A stretch of DNA of 64,000 bases from Candidatus Krumholzibacteriota bacterium (GTDB lineage Bacteria > Krumholzibacteriota > Krumholzibacteriia > JAJRXK01), in NCBI GenBank assembly GCA_963727455.1, contig CAVSGG010000005.1, forward strand, positions 352,001-416,000, written 5' to 3'. Position numbers and translations under genes: made by a program. Below are positions 27,724-37,798 of this stretch, in pieces (position 1 is the stretch's first letter; each line of letters begins with the position of its first letter). Under the pieces are notes generated by a model. It made no database searches, was not told the origin of the DNA, and saw only the letters and a program-made list of their open reading frames with translations.

Positions 27724-30700
27724 GTGCCCAGACGATCCCTCTTGATTCTCTGCGGGTTCTTCTCCCTGGCGCTTCCTAGGCTCGCCTGGGGCGGTCCGGT
27801 TTCCTTGCCGCTCTCGTTGTGGTCCACGGCCGCAGGCGATTCCAACGCGATTGATTGGTTGGACGCAACTCAGCTGGCCACCGGCAGCGACAGTTTCACG
27901 GTCGAGCCGGGGCAGCTGCGATTTGTTCTGTCCACGAGTCATCTTGTCGATCCGGTGAATGTCTCCTGGAACGGCCAGCCGCTACGAGCTCTCCAGGATT
28001 TCGAGCTCGATCGTGCGCGCGGCGTGGTCGTCTTGCTGCATCCCCGAGCCAAGGCCGGCATCTTGCGCGTCGACTATCACTTCGATCCTGTCGCCGCCCC
28101 TCCCCGTGTGCAACTTCATCCCATGCTGCGTCAGGCCGAGCTGGGGGAAGAGCCGGAAGGAGAAGGGACGCCGGGATCCGGGACTCAGGCCACGGAAGGG
28201 TTCGCCGAAGCGGCAACGGCCTCCAGCCCGGGACTCTCGGTCAGCGGATCCAAGACCGTTTCGGTTCAGGGCGGAACCAACCGGGATGCCACCGTCGATC
28301 AGGGTCTGCATCTGGCCGTCAACGGTCAGCTCACCGACAATACCTTCGTGCGCGCTGAGATCTCTGACGAGAACCTCCCGATCACTCCAGAGGGCAATAC
28401 CGAACAGCTCAAGGACATCGATCAAGTGCGGATCGAGATCTACGGGAGTGGAGGCAGGGCGCTCCTGGGGGACTTCGAGATCGATCAACCCTTGGGAGTC
28501 TACGTTCCCTATCAGCGAAAGCTACAGGGCTTGTGGTTGCACGGACGTCAATCGATCGGCAGCGCAACGCTCATGGGAGGTTCCCCTCGCGGCAGGCGAG
28601 TCGAGCTGGAACTGCGCGGACAGGAGGGTGTGCAGGGTCCCTATGAACTTCTCAACGGACTGCGCGAGACCGAGAGCTTCATCATCGCCGGTTCCGAGCG
28701 AGTTTGGTTGGACGGTGCGCGGCAGACCCGCGGGGAGAACCGCGACTACACCATCGATTACGTGCGCGGCACCATCACCTTTACCGAGCTGCGCCCGATC
28801 GGACCGGAAAACCGCATCGCGGTGGATTTCGAGGTCTCCGCCACCGGTTACAGCCGAACCGTGTTGGGGGCGGCGGCGGACAGCTTGTCCCTCGGCCCGA
28901 CTTCGTTTCACCTCTCGTGGATTCTCGAGGCGGACGATCCCGATCGCCCCATTGGAGGACCTCTGAGCGATGAGGACGAACAGGTCCTGCGTGAGGCGGG
29001 AGACAATCCGAACAGAGCCCTCGGAAGCGGGGTCACGCGGGTGGCCGCGGGGGAGGAAGGTACCGGAGACTACCTGAAACGGACGCAAGGCGGGACGGAG
29101 TACTACGTTTTCGCGCCGGGTGATTCTCTTGCCAATTACTTTTTGAGTTTTCAACGCGTCGAAGCGAACCAGGGCGACTACACCCAGAGCGAGATCACCA
29201 AAAAGGGCCAACGAGTGTACGAGTACGTGGGTCCCGGCAAGGGCGAGTTCGTGTTGGGCCGGAGGCTCTCTCTCCCAAGCAAGAGCGAGGCGATCGTCGT
29301 TGGCACCACTCTGGGACAGCGCGGCAATGCGAAGGGATTTCTGGCGGCCGAGGCGGACATGACCCGACGCGATGAAAACGTGCTCAGCCCCCTGGACGAC
29401 GGAAACAACGACGGAGTCGCCTGGAGAGTCGAAGGGGCGAGTCCGTGGATTTTTGGTGGTGGCGAACCATCGGGAGTGAGAATCCGGGGCTTGGCTGAGG
29501 GAATCGGTCCCGAGTTCTATGAGTTCGGTCGCATCCGCGCTCCCTTTTTCTACGACGCGTGGAATCTCCAAGACAACCCGCGTGCACAGCACGAGGGGAG
29601 GGAGCTCGCCGCGTTGACAGCCCGCGCCGCCGAGCGCGAGACGGATGCAAGCGTAGAGAGGCTCCATCGGCACGGCAGCTTTCAAGGGACGCGCGCGCGT
29701 TGGACCGCGGACGGGAGATTGATCGGGCCCCTCGAGTGGCAGCACGACCTCGCGTTCATGTCGCACCGGGGGGAGAGCGGCTCGACGGGTCATCGCCGAA
29801 ACCGTTCGGCCCGGCTCGGGGTGGACTTGGGACGCTTCGAGCCCTTCGTTCGCCTCCGCGACGAGCGCTACGACGAGGGTCCGGCTCGACAAAAGCAGGG
29901 TTATCAGGATCAGGAATGGGGTGTGGGGGTCCTGAGCCGCAATCGCATCGCGAGCGGCCGCTTCGAGTTTCGGCGGCTGCTCGCGGACAGTCTTTCCACT
30001 GAGGGAAGTAGCTGGCGATTCCAACAGGACCTACGGGAATGGAGAGCCGCCGCCGAGGGCCTGGAAGGAGCCTTCCGCTGGAACCTGGACGGAACTTGGC
30101 GTGAGAGCGATCTCGATGGCGGCCAAAAGGAGAGCACGCGCCTCGCACGTATCGGTTTGGGCTTTCGCCCGACGGACCGGCTCTTTGGCGCTGACCTGGA
30201 CTACCGTGCGGGTAACGATCGCTCTCGCGTGATTCAGCGCACTACCATCTTCGTGGGGGAGGGCCAGGGGGACTACGACCAGGAGGGAAATCGGATCGGG
30301 AGGAATCTCGGCGATTACAATGTGGTCTTCAGTCCAAGCGATAGCCTGATCGCAGCGACCGACGTTGAGCTTGCCGCCAAAGTGGACGCGGAATGGCGGG
30401 ACGCCCCGCTAGTCAAGGGGATCTCGTTCAACGGACTGTACAAAGTGAGTGAGCGTTCGCGCAGTGAGGACGTGGGAGGAGTCCTGCGCCTGAAGCCCTC
30501 GTTGCTGCGACAACCCGACACCACGATTTTCGGAGAGGAGCACGTACGCGGTGATTTCGTGTTGCTGCGCCGTGTGCGCAACACGGAACTGCGGTTGACC
30601 TTCGATCAGACGACTCAGCTGGACCGACGCTATACCGTTACCCCCGAGGCGAGTGTGCGCCGCGAGCGTAGCTTCCGGATCGATCGCGAACTTACCCGTG

Positions 30701-31173
30701 GCTTCAACCTACGGCTTGACGGAGGCAATCGGCAGCGAGAGAGGACGGCGGACCCAAACGCCTCCAGCTTTCTGAATTCCTACCAGGTGGATGATCTCTA
30801 CGCCGGGTTGCTGCTGGGTTACCGGGCCACTGCCCGCACTAGAGCCAGTCTGGAGGGACGGGGCACGCGAAGGCGGGACGGCTTCAGCAGCATCTCGCAA
30901 AAGGTGTTGGAGTTCGTGCCGAGTGTCACGTCGGATTTCTTGCGCGCCCGCTGGACAGTGAGCTACCGCTGGGCCGAAGTGAACGAGTCGGGCGGTGATC
31001 CCCTGTTGCGGCCATTCTTCTTTGAGAGACCGGGTAGCAACCAGCGTCTGGCCACGGTGGCGCAGTGGACTTTGGGAAAATCGCTCTCTCTCACCTTCCG
31101 CTACCAGCTCCGTGATGAGCCGCAACGCAAGATGGTTCAGGACCTCAGCGTGGAAACGAGAGCGAGGTTCTGA
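27724..31173 (+). CDS. Large uncharacterised outer-membrane beta-barrel protein (1149 aa) with an SprA-like internal motif
   Basis: Signal peptide, ISDENLPITPEGNTEQL, IIAGSERVWLDG..QTRGENRDYTIDYVRGTITF, long amphipathic strands and terminal ETRARF. Confidence 0.6.
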   Translation: MPRRSLLILCGFFSLALPRLAWGGPVSLPLSLWSTAAGDSNAIDWLDATQLATGSDSFTVEPGQLRFVLSTSHLVDPVNVSWNGQPLRALQDFELDRARGVVVLLHPRAKAGILRVDYHFDPVAAPPRVQLHPMLRQAELGEEPEGEGTPGSGTQATEGFAEAATASSPGLSVSGSKTVSVQGGTNRDATVDQGLHLAVNGQLTDNTFVRAEISDENLPITPEGNTEQLKDIDQVRIEIYGSGGRALLGDFEIDQPLGVYVPYQRKLQGLWLHGRQSIGSATLMGGSPRGRRVELELRGQEGVQGPYELLNGLRETESFIIAGSERVWLDGARQTRGENRDYTIDYVRGTITFTELRPIGPENRIAVDFEVSATGYSRTVLGAAADSLSLGPTSFHLSWILEADDPDRPIGGPLSDEDEQVLREAGDNPNRALGSGVTRVAAGEEGTGDYLKRTQGGTEYYVFAPGDSLANYFLSFQRVEANQGDYTQSEITKKGQRVYEYVGPGKGEFVLGRRLSLPSKSEAIVVGTTLGQRGNAKGFLAAEADMTRRDENVLSPLDDGNNDGVAWRVEGASPWIFGGGEPSGVRIRGLAEGIGPEFYEFGRIRAPFFYDAWNLQDNPRAQHEGRELAALTARAAERETDASVERLHRHGSFQGTRARWTADGRLIGPLEWQHDLAFMSHRGESGSTGHRRNRSARLGVDLGRFEPFVRLRDERYDEGPARQKQGYQDQEWGVGVLSRNRIASGRFEFRRLLADSLSTEGSSWRFQQDLREWRAAAEGLEGAFRWNLDGTWRESDLDGGQKESTRLARIGLGFRPTDRLFGADLDYRAGNDRSRVIQRTTIFVGEGQGDYDQEGNRIGRNLGDYNVVFSPSDSLIAATDVELAAKVDAEWRDAPLVKGISFNGLYKVSERSRSEDVGGVLRLKPSLLRQPDTTIFGEEHVRGDFVLLRRVRNTELRLTFDQTTQLDRRYTVTPEASVRRERSFRIDRELTRGFNLRLDGGNRQRERTADPNASSFLNSYQVDDLYAGLLLGYRATARTRASLEGRGTRRRDGFSSISQKVLEFVPSVTSDFLRARWTVSYRWAEVNESGGDPLLRPFFFERPGSNQRLATVAQWTLGKSLSLTFRYQLRDEPQRKMVQDLSVETRARF

Positions 31174-32903
31174 TGACCAAGCGGAGTTGCACATGGGTTT
31201 TCTTCGCGCTCCTCGTGCTCGGAGCAAGCGCTGGCTCAGGTTTAGCGCAGGGGCCGCGTGAGATTCGCGCGCCCATTCTGAGCGCGCCGCCGACGGCGGC
31301 GAGCATCGTGACGAGCGCATTTGCTCGTCCTCCCGCTCTGCGTACGGCACGTGGCTGGGAACGCGACGCTTGGGACGCCCTGCGCAAGGAGGGCTGGTTG
31401 TGGGCCAAAGTCGCTCTCGGAGTTCATGCTGACACCCTCTTCGTCGACGCCGGTCCGCGCGCCCGCATCTTGGAGATCTCATACAGCGGAGCGGACAGCC
31501 TGCAGTGGAGGGTATTCCAGCGAGCCTCAGGCTTCTTCGAGGGTGCGATCTACCGGCCGGGTCACTGGGAGATCGACAGCACACGAGGCCTCCGGGAGTT
31601 GGGCAACAGGGGCTTTGCCTTCGCGAGTCTCACCGTGCGCCGCGTCAAGACCGATCGCGCGGCGGGTGGGGTGCGATTGGATCTCTTGCTTCTGCCGGGC
31701 ACCGCTGCTTCGGTGGGCAAAGTGGTGGTGATGGGAGCCCGGCACACGCGGCCTTCGGTTCTCGCCAAACTCTCCGGTCTTCGCGCCGGTCAGCCTTGGA
31801 GCGAGGAACGTCTTCAGCGAGCGAAGGAGCGTCTGGATGCCAGGGAGGTGGTGAGCGAAGTAGTAGATGCGCAACCCATGCTTTCGGGAGCCCAGCTGGA
31901 TACGGTGGATGTTTTGTTGCGGGTGGAGCAGCCGCCTTCCACCGGACAGCTATCCGCGGCGCTGGGAGTTGCGCAGGGTGACCCCGGACAGGGCACGCGC
32001 GTTTACGGAACGCTCGATCTGAGTCTCTTGGACCTATTGGGCACGGCTCGCCAACTTCAGCTTTCTTTCCGTGACGACGGGAAGACCCGGAGAACTCTCG
32101 ATGTGTCCTATCTCGAGCCCTTGGCCTTCTCCTCGCCCTTCGACCTCTCACTCAAGTTGGGCCAGCGTCACGAGGACGCTCTCTACGACATGATCCTCGG
32201 GGAAATTTCGCTGCGACTTCCCTGGCGCGGCGCCTCGGCCATCGAGGTGGGAGGGGGGATCGATCGAACCACCTTCGTGGGAGACGAGGGGGTCCTCCGC
32301 GTCCGTAGACGCGCACTCGCACGACTCTCCTTGGGGAACTTACGTCCCCAAGACGAGGGGGGCCTCTTCGGACACCTCCAGAGTCGGCTGGAATACGGAC
32401 GGGTTTCGCAGACGGTCCAGAATCCTAGCGCGGGCGCCGCCGCGGTCAGCGCCGAGGAGCAGACCCTGGTCGATCTCGATCTGCACCTGGGGTGGGCCCT
32501 CAGCTCGCGCCTCGCCGTCCTGGGACGCGCACGCTGGGCCTCCATCTCCACGAACCACTATCCGCTCCCGAGATCGGAGCAGTTCTTCATCGGGGGCGCG
32601 AGGACAGTCAGAGGTCACCGGGAAGACGAATTGCACGGCGAGATCGTCTCGCACGCTTCGAGCGAGTTCGTCGTGGGCCCCGCCAGGGGCGGACAGGCCT
32701 ATCTCTTCTACGACCTGGGCTATGCCAAAGAAACCGTGTTGGATAAGGGCGCGCTGCGTCCCAAGGAGAGCTGGATCAACGGCTTCGGCATGGGCTTGCG
32801 CACCCCGGCGCCCTTCGGACGCCTCGATCTGAGTCTGGGCTTCGCCCAGAGACTGAGCTTCGACAACGGACTCATCCATCTCGCGCTCATCAACCGGTTC
32901 TGA
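31173..32903 (+). CDS. Omp85 family (BamA/TamA-like) protein with POTRA domains
   Basis: GFAFA, GARHTRPSV POTRA-like segments, FFIGGARTVRGH (VRGY-like), GFGMGLR..PFGRL.L..G and terminal F. Coupled to the upstream gene by a TGATG overlap. Confidence 0.85.
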   Translation: MTKRSCTWVFFALLVLGASAGSGLAQGPREIRAPILSAPPTAASIVTSAFARPPALRTARGWERDAWDALRKEGWLWAKVALGVHADTLFVDAGPRARILEISYSGADSLQWRVFQRASGFFEGAIYRPGHWEIDSTRGLRELGNRGFAFASLTVRRVKTDRAAGGVRLDLLLLPGTAASVGKVVVMGARHTRPSVLAKLSGLRAGQPWSEERLQRAKERLDAREVVSEVVDAQPMLSGAQLDTVDVLLRVEQPPSTGQLSAALGVAQGDPGQGTRVYGTLDLSLLDLLGTARQLQLSFRDDGKTRRTLDVSYLEPLAFSSPFDLSLKLGQRHEDALYDMILGEISLRLPWRGASAIEVGGGIDRTTFVGDEGVLRVRRRALARLSLGNLRPQDEGGLFGHLQSRLEYGRVSQTVQNPSAGAAAVSAEEQTLVDLDLHLGWALSSRLAVLGRARWASISTNHYPLPRSEQFFIGGARTVRGHREDELHGEIVSHASSEFVVGPARGGQAYLFYDLGYAKETVLDKGALRPKESWINGFGMGLRTPAPFGRLDLSLGFAQRLSFDNGLIHLALINRF

Positions 32904-32997
32904 GGCTCTTCACGCTTCGACGATGGCGCCTCCACTGCGCTTGTGGCATCCTGTTCTGCACGGCGCTCGGGTACTGCCTCTTCTCTCTGGTGAAACA

Positions 32998-35046
32998 GTG
33001 AACCAATCCTCCAAGGACATGGACGCGCTTCGCAGGGAAGTCGAATCTCTGCGCGCGCGGATTTCGCGCTACGACAGGCTGTACTACAAGGAAGGCAAGA
33101 ACGAAATCAGCGATCGCGAGTATGACGAACTCGTCGAGAAGCTGCTCGCTTACGAGCGAGATTACCCCGAGCTTCGCTCCGAGGATTCTCCCACGATGAA
33201 GGTGGGCAGTGATCGCAGCGAGAACTTTCCCTCGTTGCAGCATTCGGTTCCGATGATCTCACTGGCCAACTCTTACGAACGTTCGGAGGTCGAGGCCTTT
33301 CACGAACGGATTGTCAAGATCCTGGGGGAGGATCCCGGGGCCTATACCGTGGAGCCAAAGATCGACGGGGTGGCGGCGGCGCTCCGTTACCAGGAGGGAG
33401 TATTCTCGGTGGGGCTCACGCGCGGCGACGGAAGAACGGGCGACGTGATCACCGACAACCTGAGGACCCTTCAGGACATTCCGACGCATCTGAGGCTCTC
33501 TCGCACGCCGAAGGTACTTCAGCAGGCTCACGAACTGGAGGTTCGCGGGGAGGTTTACATGCCCCTGTCCGATTTCCAGCGTTTCAACGCGGAGAGGGAG
33601 GAGGCGGAACTCTCGGCCTTCGCCAATCCGCGCAACGCAACTGCGGGCAGTCTAAAGACCCTCGACGTGAAGGAGGTGGCGCGACGTCCACTCCACTTCT
33701 GGGCCTACAGCATCGCGGTCCCCCATCCGCGAAACCTGGAGTCCCATTTCTTGGAGTTGGAGGCCCTGAAGGCACTCGGATTCAAGGTGACGCCCCAAGT
33801 GGTACGGGTGAACGGTTTGTCGCAGATTTTTTCCGCCCTCGACGCTCTCGAGCGGCAAAGGCATTCGCTAGAGTTCCAAATCGACGGAGCCGTGATCAAG
33901 CTCGACGACACTCGCTACTGGGACGAGCTGGGCAGCACCGCGAAGAGTCCGCGCTACGCTCTGGCATTCAAATTCGCCGCCGAGCGAGCCGAGACGGTGG
34001 TGGAGAGCATCGAGGCCTCCCTCGGACGCACAGGGGTGGTCACTCCTGTTGCAAATCTAACGCCAGTTAACTTGTCTGGTAGCATAGTTTCACGGGCAAC
34101 GCTTCATAATCAAGATGAGATCGATCGCAAGGACATTCGGGTGAAGGACACGGTGTGGATCGAGAAGGGTGGAGACATCATCCCCAAGGTGGTCGAGGTC
34201 GTTTTGAGCAAGAGGCCCTCTTCGAGCCGTCCCTACCGTTTGCCGCGGAACTGCCCCTCGTGCGGCGAGGAATTGCTGCGTCTGGAAGGGGAAGTGGCCG
34301 TTCGCTGCACCAATCGCAACTGCCCGGCCCAACGCCGCCGCTCCCTGCAACACTGGGCGAGTCGCGACGGTATGGACATCGAAGGTCTGGGCGAGAGCAC
34401 GGTGGAGCTTCTGTTCGAGCATGAGTTGATCGAATCCATTTCGGAACTCTACGACCTGAAGGCGGAGCAACTCGTGGAGCTGCCCGGGTTCGCCGAGAAG
34501 AGTGCGCACAATTTGGTCGAGGCGATCGGAGCCTCGAAAGAACGTCCCCTCGCGCATCAGCTCTATGCTCTGGGAATTCGCCACGTAGGTATCGGGGCAG
34601 CGCGCCAACTCGCGAAGAAGATGAGGAACTTCGCGGTGATCCGATCCGCGAGCGAGGAAGATCTTCTCGAGGTGGAGGACTTCGGCCCGATCATGGCCGA
34701 AAGCGTCGTTGCCGAACTGAAGACCAACAAGAAACTGATCGACGCCCTTGTGGAGCGCGGCCTCTTCGCAACGGAGGAGACTGCCGCCGAGGAAGTTCCC
34801 GAGAACTCACCCTTTGTAAAGCTGTCGATCGTGTTGACGGGAACTCTCTCCAGCATGGAGCGCAGGGCGGCGAAGGCCAAGATCGAGTCCCTGGGGGGAC
34901 GCGTCGTTTCCAGCGTGAGCAAGAATACGGATTTGGTCGTCGCGGGAGACCGCGCCGGGTCCAAACGCACTCGTGCAGAAGAGCTGGGGATTCGGATCAT
35001 CGACGAGAACGAATTCCTGCACATGCTCGGGGAGGCCGGGGCATGA
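32998..35046 (+). CDS. ligA: NAD-dependent DNA ligase
   Basis: EPKIDG, TRGDG, EVRGEV, NPRNATAGSL, C4 zinc finger, HhH and BRCT domains. Confidence 0.97.
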   Translation: MNQSSKDMDALRREVESLRARISRYDRLYYKEGKNEISDREYDELVEKLLAYERDYPELRSEDSPTMKVGSDRSENFPSLQHSVPMISLANSYERSEVEAFHERIVKILGEDPGAYTVEPKIDGVAAALRYQEGVFSVGLTRGDGRTGDVITDNLRTLQDIPTHLRLSRTPKVLQQAHELEVRGEVYMPLSDFQRFNAEREEAELSAFANPRNATAGSLKTLDVKEVARRPLHFWAYSIAVPHPRNLESHFLELEALKALGFKVTPQVVRVNGLSQIFSALDALERQRHSLEFQIDGAVIKLDDTRYWDELGSTAKSPRYALAFKFAAERAETVVESIEASLGRTGVVTPVANLTPVNLSGSIVSRATLHNQDEIDRKDIRVKDTVWIEKGGDIIPKVVEVVLSKRPSSSRPYRLPRNCPSCGEELLRLEGEVAVRCTNRNCPAQRRRSLQHWASRDGMDIEGLGESTVELLFEHELIESISELYDLKAEQLVELPGFAEKSAHNLVEAIGASKERPLAHQLYALGIRHVGIGAARQLAKKMRNFAVIRSASEEDLLEVEDFGPIMAESVVAELKTNKKLIDALVERGLFATEETAAEEVPENSPFVKLSIVLTGTLSSMERRAAKAKIESLGGRVVSSVSKNTDLVVAGDRAGSKRTRAEELGIRIIDENEFLHMLGEAGA

Positions 35047-37715
35047 GAAAGCGTAGCTTCGCGCTTTCCTGCCCCGTACACCGCCATCCAGAAGTCCGGG
35101 TCGTTCGCCCTCTGTCCCCAGATCGCGAGACGCTCTTTCTCCAGGGCGAGGACCAGAGCTTGCCACAGGAGCTGACGCCGCTCTTTCTGGACGAAATTTC
35201 GCGCGATGAGGAATCGCTCGATCTGCAAGAGCTCTTGCAGGTTCTCTGGCCCGGAGCACTCTCCACCGTCGACAGAGAACTCAAGAAGACGAGAGCGATC
35301 GACAACCGTGTGGACCTGGAGCAGAGCCTCTTTGGCTGGGCCGACCTGCTCTTGTCACTGCGAGCCTGGTGGGCCTCGCTCGATACGCCGCACCGTCACC
35401 ATCTTGAGGGAAGTCTGCGGGAATTCGCACCGCTGGTCGCCGAGTTCTTGGCCCTGGAAGCTCTCCCCAGCGCGCTCGAGCTGGGACCTCACCTGCGGCG
35501 ACCCGTCCCTGAGAGCTTTCCCGAGATCTTTTTCGCGCCGGCGCCGAAAGCGCCGAAAGCAGACGACGAAGCCTGGCAGGCTTGGCGCGCGCGCGGGGTC
35601 GAGGAGATCTTGGGCGAGAACGGCGGCTTGGCGCGGATTCTCGGCGAGGGATTCGAGGCACGCGCGGGCCAGCTGGACATGGCCTTGAAGACCGAGCATG
35701 TGCTCGCGCGCGACGAGCACCTCATGATCGAAGCGGGTACCGGCATCGGTAAGTCGCTGGCCTACCTGGTACCCGCCCTGCTGCACGGCGCGCGCGAGGA
35801 TGAGCGCGTCGTGATCTCCACCTATACCAAGGCCCTCCAGCACCAGTTGATCGATGGCGACCTTCCGGTTCTGGAGCGCTTTGGCTATCCCGCGAAAGCG
35901 CGGCTGCTTCTGGGGCGAAACAACTATCTCTGCGCTCGGCAGTTCAGGCGCGCCACGCTGCATCGGCCCGAAGGTCGCGCCGAAGCGCTCGCCCAGCTGG
36001 CGATTTTCTGCTGGCGCTTTCAGAGCCGCGACGGAAGGCGCGAGGAACTCAGCGACCACCCTTTCTTCGAGGACCACTGGCTGGCGCTTTTCGAGTCAGT
36101 GGAACCATGTTCGCCCCACATCTGTCTCAAAGACCCTCTCTGCTTCGTGGTCGCCGCCCGCCGCAGTGCGCGCGAAGCGCCGGTGGTGATCGTCAACCAC
36201 TCCCTGCTCATGATGGATCTGCGTAGCGCGCAGGGCCTCTTGGGGCCATCGCGGCTCTTGATCGTGGACGAGGCCCATGAGCTGCCCCCGGTTGCTACGA
36301 ACGCACTCAGTCACTGGATCAAGCGTGATCGGCTCGAGGTGTACAAGAACCTTTCCGGAGAGAAGACCCGCGGCGGACTGCGAGAGGTCCTCGAGGAAAT
36401 CCTGAAGATCGTAGGTGAGAAGCCGGGCGGGGATCGATTGCGGGAGAACACACGAGCTCTCGATTCTTCCCTGGATGCTTGGTGGAATGCTTATCACCGC
36501 TGGTTTGATGCGGTCGAGGAATCGTGCCGCTCGCGTCTGGGCGAAGGCAGTGCGCGCGTGGGGCGCCATCGCTACCACGATGGCGACGAGGCTTTCGGTA
36601 CCGTGCGCACCGAGACTTCGGTCCTCCTCACTCGGGCCGACGATCTGCACCGCGATCTGGCCGAGGTACTGGACGCGAGCGGAGATCTCGCCGAGCTGTT
36701 GCCGGAGATGCAAGATGACCGGGAAGCTCTCGTCTCTCTGCTCTCGTTCCACTCCGATCTGTGCGATGGAATAAGGTTCTGTCTGGAGGCTTCCGACGAG
36801 GACTGGGTCTACTGGTTCGAGTGGGGAGGAACGAGGGGGCTGTCCGCGATCGTGGCCGCTCCACTGACGGTGGAGGAACCCCTGGCGCAACTTTGGGACA
36901 CCCATTACCGCTCGGTGGTCATGACGAGCGCGACCCTCGCAGTAGGAGAGGACTTTACTCCCTTCGCCGAGAGCGTGGGCTTTTCGAAAGTTTCCCGCTA
37001 CACCGAGAGCCTGCTCATCCCCTCGCCTTTCGAGTTCGAAGAACAAGCTCTCGTCTTGACCACGCCGGAGCTGGTGGACCCCAAGGAGGAGGGATTTCCC
37101 GAGATCGTAGCCGAGCTCCTGCAGCAAATCGGAACTCGTGTCGCGACGAAGATTCTCATGCTGTCCACCAGTTACCAGCTCATCGATGAAGTCTACGAGA
37201 TCCTGCGTCCCGTGTTTTCGCTGGAAGACGGACTCTTCAGCGAGGAAAGCGGTCGAGTCCACACCCGGCTCTTGCGTCAGACGGCGGGCGGCAGCCGCGA
37301 GCGATTGGTGGCCGATTTCCGGGACGCGACTGCCGCAATTTTGCTCGCTACAGGTTCGTTCTGGGAGGGAGTGGACTTTCCGGGCCGACAGCTCGAAGTT
37401 CTGGTGGTTCCGCGGCTGCCGTTTGCCGTTCCCACCGAACCTTTGACCCAGGGACGATTCGATCGCGCGAAGCGCTTGGGACGGGATCCGTTCCTGGATG
37501 TTTCGCTGAACGATGCGGTCCTGCGACTCAAGCAGGGTGTGGGGCGTCTGCTCCGTACACGCGAAGACCGAGGAGTGGTCCTTCTCTTGGACAAGCGGCT
37601 GCAGGAGCGAAGCTACGGCGTTACTTTTTTGCGGTCCATGCCGCGCTCCTGTGAGTGGGTTCCCAGTCGCGCAGAGATGGCGCAGCGAGTCGTCGATTTT
37701 CTCGGCAAACCCTGA
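35043..37715 (+). CDS. dinG: DinG/YoaA-family Fe-S helicase
   Basis: EAGTGIGKS, NYLC...PCSPHIC..PLC (4 Cys), VNHSLL, DEAH, TSATL, SFWEGVDFPG, QGVGRLLR. Confidence 0.9.
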   Translation: MRKRSFALSCPVHRHPEVRVVRPLSPDRETLFLQGEDQSLPQELTPLFLDEISRDEESLDLQELLQVLWPGALSTVDRELKKTRAIDNRVDLEQSLFGWADLLLSLRAWWASLDTPHRHHLEGSLREFAPLVAEFLALEALPSALELGPHLRRPVPESFPEIFFAPAPKAPKADDEAWQAWRARGVEEILGENGGLARILGEGFEARAGQLDMALKTEHVLARDEHLMIEAGTGIGKSLAYLVPALLHGAREDERVVISTYTKALQHQLIDGDLPVLERFGYPAKARLLLGRNNYLCARQFRRATLHRPEGRAEALAQLAIFCWRFQSRDGRREELSDHPFFEDHWLALFESVEPCSPHICLKDPLCFVVAARRSAREAPVVIVNHSLLMMDLRSAQGLLGPSRLLIVDEAHELPPVATNALSHWIKRDRLEVYKNLSGEKTRGGLREVLEEILKIVGEKPGGDRLRENTRALDSSLDAWWNAYHRWFDAVEESCRSRLGEGSARVGRHRYHDGDEAFGTVRTETSVLLTRADDLHRDLAEVLDASGDLAELLPEMQDDREALVSLLSFHSDLCDGIRFCLEASDEDWVYWFEWGGTRGLSAIVAAPLTVEEPLAQLWDTHYRSVVMTSATLAVGEDFTPFAESVGFSKVSRYTESLLIPSPFEFEEQALVLTTPELVDPKEEGFPEIVAELLQQIGTRVATKILMLSTSYQLIDEVYEILRPVFSLEDGLFSEESGRVHTRLLRQTAGGSRERLVADFRDATAAILLATGSFWEGVDFPGRQLEVLVVPRLPFAVPTEPLTQGRFDRAKRLGRDPFLDVSLNDAVLRLKQGVGRLLRTREDRGVVLLLDKRLQERSYGVTFLRSMPRSCEWVPSRAEMAQRVVDFLGKP

Positions 37716-37798
37716 GTCGATGCCGTATGTTCTCGATTGGCTTCGAATCTCCTCGAGTTCGACGATTGACTCGGATGCGCAAGAGAAAGTGAGGATCC

